20,000 nt of DNA. It comes from Catajapyx aquilonaris. Its lineage: Eukaryota. Below the pieces are notes generated by a model that worked only from the letters and a program-made list of their open reading frames with translations, made no database searches and was not told where the DNA came from. This document shows, piece by piece, positions 11,211 through 20,000 of the stretch. Location: the NCBI GenBank assembly GCA_000934665.2, contig JYFJ02001568.1, positions 56,447-76,446 of the forward strand. The letters are read 5' to 3'. The translations under genes were made by a program, and so were the position numbers. The stretch's first letter is position 1; each line of letters begins with the position of its first letter.

Positions 11211-14200
11211 GTGAGCCGCTCTTATACATGTTGGAGGATCTGTGTTGGTCCAGTACCCTGCACTTAATCCGATACATTTCAAACCCATAAATGTCAGTTT
11301 ATGGTAGTTTGTTGCACAGTCTGTGCAGTGTGCATGAATAGTCCTTGACAAAAAGGAAGCCAGAGAGGATGTGATAAGAGAGTTTCCTGCCTTCTTGGAA
11401 CTTGCCTTCTTGTGCTTACTTTTCAACTTGCATTCCTGACACGTATCAAAGTTTTTGGTTATTGATGTGAAAATGCCACGCAGCATTGGTTGCGTACACA
11501 CCATTGTTCTTACACATGAATGGTATTTTTACATCATCCATTGATTGCCTTCTGTGTGTATGCAGACCCTGAGACTTTTCTGGTTTTGCATGAGAATGAG
11601 ATTTCTGGTGGTTGTTAGCAAGGGTGGAGTAGTTAAGGGTGGAGTCCACATGGGTAATCAGTGTAGAAGAGGGGTGGGGATATCAGTGTTTCTTCTAGAT
11701 TTGTGTAATTTGAATTTGGACCCATTTCATTTGCATAAGATCTTAGGATTTTACATGTAGCACATACAATCACCTGTCCCAGGCACTTTGCATGTTTGTC
11801 TAGCCTCTTTGCCTGCCACGGCCCCCCCATTCTTCTTCTGATCCCTGTAGATGTGAAGCAGGAGAAGCAGCACAATGAGCTCATTCAGGGTGTGGAGACC
11901 TTTAAGCCTGAGAGGTTAAAGCGCACCTCCACCCAGGAAAAAATCGTGCTTCCCAATGCTGAAGGTAAGGCCGCCAAAACTAAAAAGAGTTAAGAACTCA
12001 CAAGTTTCCGGCAGTTCACCAAAATGGGGGTTGGTGCTATTTGATACCCTAACTTATACCTTCCTCTGCTTCGACGCTTTGGATATGGGCATGAAGCATG
12101 CGCATGTTAACTTATCAGTGGGGCTGGCCTTGTTTGTTTTGTGTGGCATTTGCCTTATTTCAATTTGTGAATTTGCAGATGTGGCCCAGGAGAAGAGCCA
12201 GCAGGCTCTGTTGAAGGGTGTGGAGGCTTTCGATTCAACCAAGTTGAAACATACTGAAACCAACGAGAAGAATCCCCTCCCTGACAAAGAAGGTGAGGTT
12301 CAAGTTCAATGCTCACCTTCAAGGATCTTCCCACATGTGCACTTGTGCAGATGCGTGGCAATATTTTATATTGGCATTGAGTTGAAATGCATGTTCTTTT
12401 TTGCAGCAATTGAAGTGGAGAAAGGTCAGCAGAAGCTGATTGCAGGCATCGAGGCTTTTGACCCTGCAAAGCTGAAGCATGCACAGACTGCGGAGAAGAA
12501 CACACTGCCTACTAAGGAAGGTATGCTCTAAGGATGATAAACAGTTCTCAGAATCAGCATAGAGGCATATTTACTGTAATTCAAGTCAGCCATGCAGAGT
12601 ACTACGTCTCTGATGAGGGTATTCAAGTGCAATGTACTCATGGAGATTTTTTTTGCAGGAGTCTTGACATATCAAGTACTTGCATTTCATGACTCATTAT
12701 TATTTTTGCCCTAGCATGTGGAGTGGAATACTAGGTTGCAACATGTAAACTGCAACATATGCAGGGTGAGTCAGAACTTCAGGACATCTCTAACAGTAAA
12801 CAAGGTGAAAGTGTATAGGAATAACATGGCAAGAAACGAGCTGTTAATTACACAGATGACAATGAATGTTTGGATATCTTGCTTTAGATGCATGTGGCAA
12901 CCAATGTTCAACCCTATCATGGAATGTATGCAATGCTAAGCACACAATCACAGCCCAAGTCATAAGTTTTTGTCATTGTCATCTATGTTGTTACCAGTTG
13001 ATGTCTTGACATATCTTACTCCTACATTTCATACTTGTTTTGGTCAAATCTAGCCACTGGTAGCTGGTTCACCTGGAGTTCCAACTCATCCTGTATAAAC
13101 TCTCAAATACCTGTCAAAACCCTGAAAGGGTTAAACCTGACCATAATTAGTTTTCATGGTGCATTCCACAACCCACTAGTGGGCCACAAGGACCCTCCAG
13201 GTTGGCAGTGATTTAAAAATCCAAGTCCTCATAGAATTATATTGGCTAATGACAAATATGAGGATAAGTGGTGAAAGTGGGCTGTAGGATTTTTTGACCA
13301 GGTCCACATCTGACAACAGACTAATTTTATGAGTAAATTTTGGTGTTGAGAGATTGATTTAGATTTTTCAACATGGATTGTGATGTGGTATAGTATTTGC
13401 ATGATGTAAATTAGAGCTTAGTGTGTTTACTTGTGCAAATGCGCCCTTGACACTTTAGTGTTGATGAACTTGGTTTCATTGCTCACTACCCTTTCCTAGG
13501 GCAATATCAAGGTGGGTTGTTTATTTTGCACAGGTGTTTGTTTGCAACAAAAGTAAATTGCTAATCCTCCGCAGGGATCAAGCAAGTTTAGTTGTGGATA
13601 AGTTTGTTGCATCTAGAGTTCATTAGTTGTTTAAATAGCAAGCTGAGGCTATGCCTGTGTCGCAAGGAATCAAGAAACTGCTTGAAATCTGATAAACAGT
13701 ACTGTTCAGTGCATAAAATTTTAGCGTTGCAGAAAGATTTTTTTTTTTAAGCTCATTTTATTGGGGAAAACTTTGATTTTTGTTTTGTTACTGAGGTCAC
13801 TGATATCATTGGATTTTGCATTTTTTTTTAAAACCTATGTTTTTACCACGGATAACTCGATTAAGGAATTTTTATATTTTAAATCAGCCTGGTTTAGTGA
13901 GTGGCAAGAAGGTCACTTGCTTTGTTTTAATTTGTTACACTTCAGGTTTGTCCTCAGCAGTGGGTCTAATGAAAACTTATGTTAAATAACTTTTATCGCA
14001 GTGCTTAAAATTGGTGCAATACTTGTCGGACAACTACTGTACTTGGTCTCAGTGACTGAGGAAATTACTGCAGAAGTCTGCTGTTGCAATGTTTAGGTCC
14101 TACTGTACAATCTTTGCACATCTTTTGAAGATCCCCCCAGAAAAGCAGGCATGACTGACTGTCGCAGGCTCATTTTCTAGACTTTTGGCTAATAATATTT

Positions 14201-14703
14201 GGGGTTATTAAGCAAAGTCAGAAGTAACTTGATAATTGAGTTTCTGGAATAGTTTGATCATTTGCAGGAAAAGATTATTTCCCAAAAAGGCATTTTTCCC
14301 AATTCCCCCCTCCCTCACAATTGGATAGATTGTTTATGCTTTGCATAGGCTACAGTATATTTCCACCCAAAAAAATGTCATAGAGTTGTACGGTAAATTT
14401 CCACATGTCGTATTGAAAATAACAAACCTGCCCACGTGAGGAACAGAATAGTGCTACATGAGTGTTCTTAAAAAGTGCATGTATCAGTATGATTTAAAAT
14501 TGAGAAATTTAGCCTGTAGATGTGTCTTGATCTCTTGAAGGTACCATACATACATTTAATGTGTGGCTGACTTTCTGCAATTAGTGTGCACTACTTTTAT
14601 ATCAAGGCTTTTTTTATCTGCTTTTATCTTGTGTCTTGTGGTGGAAACTTGACTGACACTACTATTTGCCATTTCAGTGATTGCCCAGGAGAAGACTGCA
14701 TGA
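11069..14703 (+). CDS. cib: Multi-repeat beta-thymosin / WH2 actin-binding protein (ciboulot ortholog), 169 aa, four repeats
   Basis: Exons 11069-11210, 11851-11964, 12179-12292, 12407-12520 and 14678-14703 total 510 nt; all introns are GT..AG, phase 1. Protein: MSCGPLSPSLKDLPKVAPDLKTQLEGFNPDNMKKAATQEKIILPTAE/DVKQEKQHNELIQGVETFKPERLKRTSTQEKIVLPNAE/DVAQEKSQQALLKGVEAFDSTKLKHTETNEKNPLPDKE/AIEVEKGQQKLIAGIEAFDPAKLKHAQTAEKNTLPTKE/VIAQEKTA*. It has the hallmark LKHTETNEKNPLP thymosin motif and the ciboulot N-terminus LKDLPKVA. An in-frame TGA at 11048 upstream of the ATG and an acceptor at 11026 imply a non-coding first exon upstream. Confidence 0.96.
11851..11964 (+). CDS. cib: Beta-thymosin coding exon 2 (114 nt, extra repeat, likely cassette)
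   Basis: Acceptor ccctgtag ends at 11850; donor GAAG|GTAAGG at 11965; contains LKRTSTQEKIVLP. Confidence 0.92.
12179..12292 (+). CDS. cib: Beta-thymosin coding exon 3 (114 nt)
   Basis: Acceptor tttgcag ends at 12178; donor GAAG|GTGAGG at 12293; contains LKHTETNEKNPLP. Confidence 0.95.
12407..12520 (+). CDS. cib: Beta-thymosin coding exon 4 (114 nt)
   Basis: Acceptor ttttttgcag ends at 12406; donor GAAG|GTATGC at 12521; contains LKHAQTAEKNTLP. Confidence 0.95.
14678..14703 (+). CDS. cib: Beta-thymosin terminal coding exon (VIAQEKTA*)
   Basis: Branch-like ctgac and acceptor atttcag ending at 14677. Matches the typical ciboulot C-terminus VIxxEKxA; TGA at 14701-14703. Confidence 0.9.
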
Positions 14704-15857
14704 AACCCATACATCTTGCAACAAGTCTCAAACTGCAGCCAAGAGGAGTCTAACTTATTGCGCTGCGCAGTTGGGAGGGGTAAAAAGCACAAAAAAATGG
14801 ACGAAAACATACAAAACTATAGCTCTCCTTCATGACCAAAACACAACAAAAAAAAAGTTTTCCAAGAGTAAAAGTGATAAAAAGGAAGATTTCCATTCCA
14901 GATGCTGAGGAAATGTTTTTTGTACTTTCATACAGTCCTGATATTGGAAACTACTTCCATTTTCTTGTGTGCCGAAATTTGAACTGTATCTCTACAATCA
15001 TGATTATTGCTCAGCTAGGTTTTGGAGAGCCTGCAAAAAAAAATTATACCTACTGTTCCACGCACTTTATTTTCCTCGCTCATTCCATGTGCGTAATCTG
15101 TGCTTCAATGTGTCCTGGATTTTATTTCAAATATGTTAATTGGTGTGTACAGCGAATCTTGGTATAGCAGTATGTTACAGTACACTAACAATAGCCCTCC
15201 ATTATTTTTCCACCCTTATAGTGATGAGTGTGAGTTATAAGTGAAAGTGGAAAAATTCTTCCATAAGAAAGGTACTTACAGATACATAAGTTGCTTTTGG
15301 ACCAATTTTTGCAAGAATACAGATGTTTTTTGTACACTATTCAAGTACTGATTTCGGTCACTTTATAGGACCCAATGCCAAGTGTATGAACTAACTGTGC
15401 GGCTTTATAAGAGCTTATTAAAACTCCCTCAAAATGTCATCCCTGAAGTTATTTGATTAATTTTCAGCAAGGGATATTTTACTTTGAATGCTGCTCCTGA
15501 AGATGAAAATTAAATCATCATCATTAACTGCATGGATGCAATCCATTCCGGAAATGGCATCAAAGCCTGCCGAGTAAATCCTCTCAAGGTATAGTTTAAT
15601 GAATTTAAAATCTGGATATGACAGTGTGCCCCTGGGCCCTTCTTTAAAAATACAGAATAATGATCCAAGGAAAATACAGTGGTAGTGGACATTATGAAAG
15701 CAAGTTGAAATTGTGTACTGGTGAAATTATTAGAAGTGCTATTTCCCTCATCCTAAAACTGGTTGCTAAGGGCAGGGCTGACGCCCCATGCAAAAATCCT
15801 CTGTGTGTGGTTTTTATCATTTCGAGATAATCGCATTTGAAGTTCGCATGCCTGCCT

Positions 15858-15880
15858 TACATACATATACATACATACAT
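15858..15880 (+). repeat. Imperfect (TACA)n microsatellite
   Basis: tacatacatatacatacatacat. Confidence 0.6.
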
Positions 15881-16090
15881 GGTTTTACTCTGTCCCTAAC
15901 TTTGCAAAGGAGGCTCGTAGAGAAACGAGGTTTCTACCATTACGTGGGCCGCATAAAGGGGAGTGAAGTGGTATGCTTAGCTGAACATACATTGTTTTTG
16001 CTTGGGGGTCGGAGGGATTCTCTGATGTCTCAAGAAAAGTATTGCCAATTCGTACCAAAAATAATTGGTGAAAACTGTTATTCTGCGGTT

Positions 16091-16273
16091 TGGCATTTCT
16101 CAACCTTTTTAACCTTGCAGAACCCTTGAAATAATATTCATGTCTCAGGGAACCCTACATAAAAATTAGTGAACTCGTATTATTGACCTATCAGTTAATG
16201 ACTCAAAAATACATTTACATATGATTAGCCGTTTCACCACTGTTTCTCGCAGAACTGTGGTTGATAAATACTG
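16091..16273. mobile_element. Old hAT/Charlie-like MITE
   Basis: Imperfect TIRs TGGCATTTCTCAACC ... GGTTGATAAATACTG (11/15 match) with internal GAACCC repeats typical of such MITEs. No recognisable 8-bp TSD. Confidence 0.5.
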
Positions 16274-16566
16274 CATCAATGTCAGCAGATCCTAAGTATG
16301 ATTATTTTCTACACAATCAAGTGGCAGATAGATTAATATCAGAAATGAATTGAATTATTTCTCCCTCATAGTTGCTAATTATTTGTGCTGCTGTAAGATT
16401 GGTTCATCTTCACAATACTAGAGTAAGAGTGATAACAGCTGGGTGTTTCAATAGTTTAGCTCATGTATGAGGTATCAGCAGAAGTCACTTGCACACTCAA
16501 ATCCATCCTGTGCTACAAGGGAGGTTAAAGTAAGAGAGAGTTACAATATGTGAGTGCACCTTCTAT

Positions 16567-16934
16567 GAGGAGGTGCCGTGGCCGAGCTGGTAAAGGCTCG
16601 GCTTGCTGATTGAAAGGTCCCGGGTTCGATCCCAGCCCGGGATTTCCCTTTCGTCTGCGTCGGGAGGGTCTCTGACCCGCGCATTGGAGGTGTCTGGCAA
16701 CCTAACATCCTGGGGGACTGCACATGCCCCTGTTTGAGACATTGCACTTGCACTCGTATCCCTTCCCCAAAAATCCCCNNNNNNNNNCCCCCCCCCCCCC
16801 CCCATGTCCTTTCATCCTTGCACGGAGCCGAAGAAAATCAAGAAAATGGAAAACAATGGTGGTGTTCCACCCCACTAACAGAGTGATGACCTCTCAATGG
16901 TGTAAAATAAAATAAATAAAAATAAAATAAAATA
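16567..16934 (+). mobile_element. Full-length tRNA-derived SINE with 22-bp target-site duplication
   Basis: Pol III A box TGGCCGAGCTGG (16579-16590) and B box GGTTCGATCCC (16623-16633), an unrelated body with an internal poly-C/N gap, and a (TAAAA)n tail at about 16903-16934. Flanked by AATATGTGAGTG(C/G)ACCTTCTAT at 16545-16566 and 16935-16956 (one mismatch). Confidence 0.93.
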
Positions 16935-18095
16935 AATATGTGAGTGGACCTTCTATTCTTCAGACATCCTCATATTATTTTTTAGCGTGTAGACTCAGTC
17001 ACAGCCTCACAGGAGTAACAACATGGTGCATGGATCTACCAACTTCTCCAATAAGGACATGAGCTAAATTCTGGTATGTCTGGTCACATGTTGCAAATCT
17101 CAAATGATAGAAGCAGTGTGTACAGCACATCACGTACAAAATTATGTCACTATAAATCTGAACCAGAACACATTTTCCTTTATGAGTTTTGAAATACATG
17201 GCACATTACTGAATGCATTATTTTGAGCATACATTGCATTACCGTTGATTCCAAACAAATACGTACCAACATTCTTCCACAGGAAGCAACCTGACTAGAA
17301 TATCAGTGATATCTTGGCTAGAACAGCAGTAGGCCTACTGCAGTCTGTGGAACCAAGAGCTTGTGGAAGTCACATTTTTCACGACCTGTAGGCCTCCTGC
17401 ACATTTGCATTACAGCACACATGTCACCGCCTTTCTGGTGAACTCAAAGTTGTACAAAATTCGTTAAAGGCACATTTTTTTCCAATTAAAAAAAAAAACC
17501 TCTTGGGAAACTGATTTTTTATGTAAAGAGCCAGATGATTTCAAGCACTGTTTGACTTTTACGTCCATTATAAATTTACTATTGACTTCGTCTGAAAGCT
17601 CAAAATCTGTCATCAACAAAAACATTATTTACTTAGGAAAAAATACCTGCAAGTAGATGGTTGCGTATGATACAACGAGGATTCTTGAAGGAGGGATACA
17701 AATATTGTACAGTAACTGACTAACTGTACAGTACATGGCCCAGTCATTAACAATCAGCAAGATTACTGCAGGGATTCAGTGATTGGGTCCGAGACCCATC
17801 AATTGTCAGTTGAGTAACAAATCGAAGAAATATTTTGATGACATGGATAAAAAATTATGACCATAACAGTTATTCAAGTCAAGTTATCATGATTGTGTCA
17901 TACTCATACAGCTGCAGAGGATATTAAACAGACTAATTAATTACAGTCTCCACTAAATGATATGTATTATGTAATTCACAATACACTGCCCTCTCCTGAA
18001 TATTGTCTTTTGATTTGCTTATCCGCCTGCAGCAAGTGCAGGGCGACAGTTTTCTACATGTTACAGTAATTCTTGCAGGCCTTCGATATGGCAGC

Positions 18096-18100
18096 AAAAA
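18096..18100 (-). terminator. Pol III T5 terminator of the 5S gene
   Basis: AAAAA on + (TTTTT on -) immediately after the 5S 3' end. Confidence 0.75.
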
Positions 18101-18101
18101 G

Positions 18102-18221
18102 ATGCCAAGTGCACCCGGCATTCCTAGGCGGTCACCCATCCAAGTACTACCCGGGCCCGACGTTGCTTAACTTCGGGGATCGGACGAGAACCGGTGCTTT
18201 CAACGTGGTATGGCCCTTGGC
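18102..18221 (-). rRNA. 5S: 5S rRNA gene, solitary, variant or possibly pseudogenic copy
   Basis: The reverse complement reads GCCAAGGGCCATACCACGTTGAAAGCACCGGTTCTCGTCCGATCCCCGAAGTTAAGCAACGTCGGGCCCGGGTAGTACTTGGATGGGTGACCGCCTAGGAATGCCGGGTGCACTTGGCAT (120 nt). The internal control region is intact (AGTTAAGC, GTGACCGC) and the gene is followed by CTTTTT. Confidence 0.93.
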
Positions 18222-19044
18222 GAAAGAGTGAGTGGATTGTGGGGGTACTTGGATCCAGCATGTGTGGGTATGTGTACTGCACAGTACGTATGACGACCGT
18301 CCACTGACACATTACATTAACTACAATCAATAGTGTTATTCCGCCCTCTCTGAAAGTCTCTCTGAGAAGTCTGAAGGTGCATCAGCCAGAGCTAATGACC
18401 AGATCCACATGCTTGGCGCACCATCAGGGATCAGGGTGTGGGGAGACAGCGAACTTTTCGCAAAATCTCACATTTGCAATTGTTTTCGGCTTCTCATTCA
18501 AATTTATGCATTTTAAACTTAACAGATGGAAAGAGATGCGACTCTTGTTGGATGAAGCATCCATGGTTTTACACTCAATATATGATGAAAATGTCTACGA
18601 TGATTCACAGCGTGCGTTGAGGGGATCGAGCACGTCCAGTCCCGCATAGGTCTGGGCGCCTTTTGCGAGCTGAAATTCATACTCTGGTTCCTCTTCAATC
18701 CTCGTGTAAATCTTTCGCCTTTTACTAAAGATTTCCGTGGAGAGGTACACTGTGAGTCTTATGTAATTTCTTGTCGCCTAGCAGGCGGATAAACAAATCG
18801 AAAGACAATACTCAAAGCTACGCAGGCGACACGGCAGGCGGACCACAAATGATTGGTCGGTGTGACTGCTCCAAGCTGCCGTGATACGTGCTCTGCGTCT
18901 CACGGTCTCAGGCCTCAGGTGGCACTTTAATTTGCTGTAATAATCACAATATACGAAATGGTTCTGTGCCATTTCCACACATGAAGTTGCTTGACTATAG
19001 TGCTTGTGGGGTCTACCCAGTCACCCACATAGATAACAAATTAA

Positions 19045-19200
19045 TTTTTAAATTTTTTTTAAATTTTAAATTTTATATTTAAAGCTCTAAGGTTCACCCC
19101 GGTGGGTTATACGTCCCTAGATCTCTTCTGGCTATGAGACCTGCCATGTGGCCGTGGATTCTATAGATATTGCTGGAACCTTCAATTCTAAACAATATAC
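19045..19200 (-). mobile_element. Possible short 3' fragment of a non-LTR retroelement with a (TTTAAAA)n tail
   Basis: The minus strand ends ...GAACCTTAGAGCTTTAAATATAAAATTTAAAATTTAAAAAAAATTTAAAAA. An imperfect flanking repeat AGATAA(C/AT)AAATT lies at about 19031 and 19202. Confidence 0.3.
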
Positions 19201-19412
19201 GAGATAAATAAATTTCCCTGTACGTATATCAATAATTTTGTCTGTACGGGCATTAAAATCATTTGAGATTGTGGGAATGATTTATTGATGATTTTGTTTC
19301 CGCATTTTCGTTTAAAGGTACTGTACTATTAAAATTCATGTTGATAGATTTTATAAACAGGAGAAGTCATTTATTGGATCCGCACAATATGATGCCCATG
19401 TTTAATTATTTA

Positions 19413-20000
19413 CTAGCAGGATACCCGGCGTTGCTCGGGTTATGAAATACTTTTCCATAGGAGTGACCCATTGATTTGGTAGTAATCTTTGCAATAATTA
19501 TGGCTATACAATGTCGGCATACCTGTAACATGGAGCATTGCATGTATACATGAAGTCCAAGCAACACACTAAGGATGTCATATTGTAAGAAAATACACAA
19601 TGCACCTCCAAAATCCAGCAAAAGTATGTAATGAAAAATTGAAGGTTGTGCAGTAAATGTAGAATGTAGAAGCTCCAGCATGGTAGCTTACAATCTGACA
19701 TCCATTGTGTGTTTCTTGGAATTGATGCACATGCACATGGTATGGCCAATTACGTTCATAATTGCATAGATGAACCGTGTTGTCTCGAAGCTTCAACACA
19801 ATATCCCTCTTATTACCATGCTCCTGACCACTCATGATGACAGCAATCTCATTGCAAGAAGGTTGATTGAATCGACCACGATGCTCGCCTTGTGGTCGCT
19901 TATTTGTCTGCATCGATGACCAAGTCAAATTCCAGAGGAGGAGGACTCTCAAGTGCTAGTTTGAAGCTCTTGACATGAGTGGACTGGATCATCTCCTGAA
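19413..20000 (-). mobile_element. Helitron 3' portion, non-autonomous and internally deleted, extending past the right edge
   Basis: The minus strand ends ...ACCCGAGCAACGCCGGGT-ATCCTG-CTAG|T: a subterminal hairpin (19423-19440), a CTAG terminus (19416-19413) and a following T. Upstream is the degenerate RepHel N-terminal peptide QEMIQSTHVKSFKLALE...LVIDADK / KRPQGEHRGRFNQPSCNEIAVIMSGQEHGNKRDIVLKLRDN. Confidence 0.9.
19775..19998 (-). pseudogene. Helitron RepHel N-terminal fragment with a frameshift/stop
   Basis: The motif RPxGEHxxRFNxPxxNEIAV...RDIVL is typical of the region preceding the Rep domain in animal Helitrons. The frame breaks at about 19897-19905 (GAC AAA TAA GCG). Confidence 0.75.

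Noticed and set aside
11956..12531. 191-aa ORF as a standalone membrane protein
   Set aside because: It is read-through of thymosin introns 2 and 3 in frame with exons 3-4; the hydrophobic stretches are T-rich intron sequence.
12532..12613. Intronic C/D box snoRNA
   Set aside because: The C box is imperfect (GATGATAA), there is no terminal stem, and it lies too close to the 5' splice site.
16571..16645. tRNA gene
   Set aside because: It has A and B boxes but no clean acceptor or anticodon stems, and it continues into a body, A-rich tail and TSD, so it is a SINE head.
18607..18760. Minus-strand peptide SPRKSLVKRRKIYTRIEEEPEYEFQLAKGAQTYAGLDVLDPLNARCESS
   Set aside because: Coding-like composition but short, unidentifiable and without a supportable gene model.
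1..20000. Prokaryotic systems (CRISPR arrays, operons, defence islands)
   Set aside because: The sequence is intron-containing animal DNA; no regularly spaced repeat-spacer array or operon-like ORF packing was seen.

Overview
Eukaryotic genomic DNA from an arthropod, most likely an insect, judged from the ciboulot-type thymosin and the 5S sequence. Two spliced + strand genes can be built by hand. (1) A compact six-exon gene (892..2403, about 329 aa) encodes a largely low-complexity protein whose C-terminal ~50 aa align without gaps to the C-terminus of mammalian CatSper-zeta/TEX40 (comparison sequence recalled from memory). A perfect RFX X-box lies upstream, between it and a possible divergent gene start at the left edge. 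(2) A five-coding-exon multi-repeat beta-thymosin/WH2 gene (ciboulot ortholog, 11069..14703, 169 aa) has four repeats on symmetric 114-nt exons. Also present are a full-length tRNA-derived SINE with a 22-bp target-site duplication, a solitary variant 5S rRNA gene (- strand), the 3' end of an internally deleted Helitron at the right edge, several old MITE remnants, an AP-1/ETS/Grh motif cluster upstream of the thymosin gene, and two small N gaps at poly-C tracts. Most short ORFs in the six-frame track are spurious.
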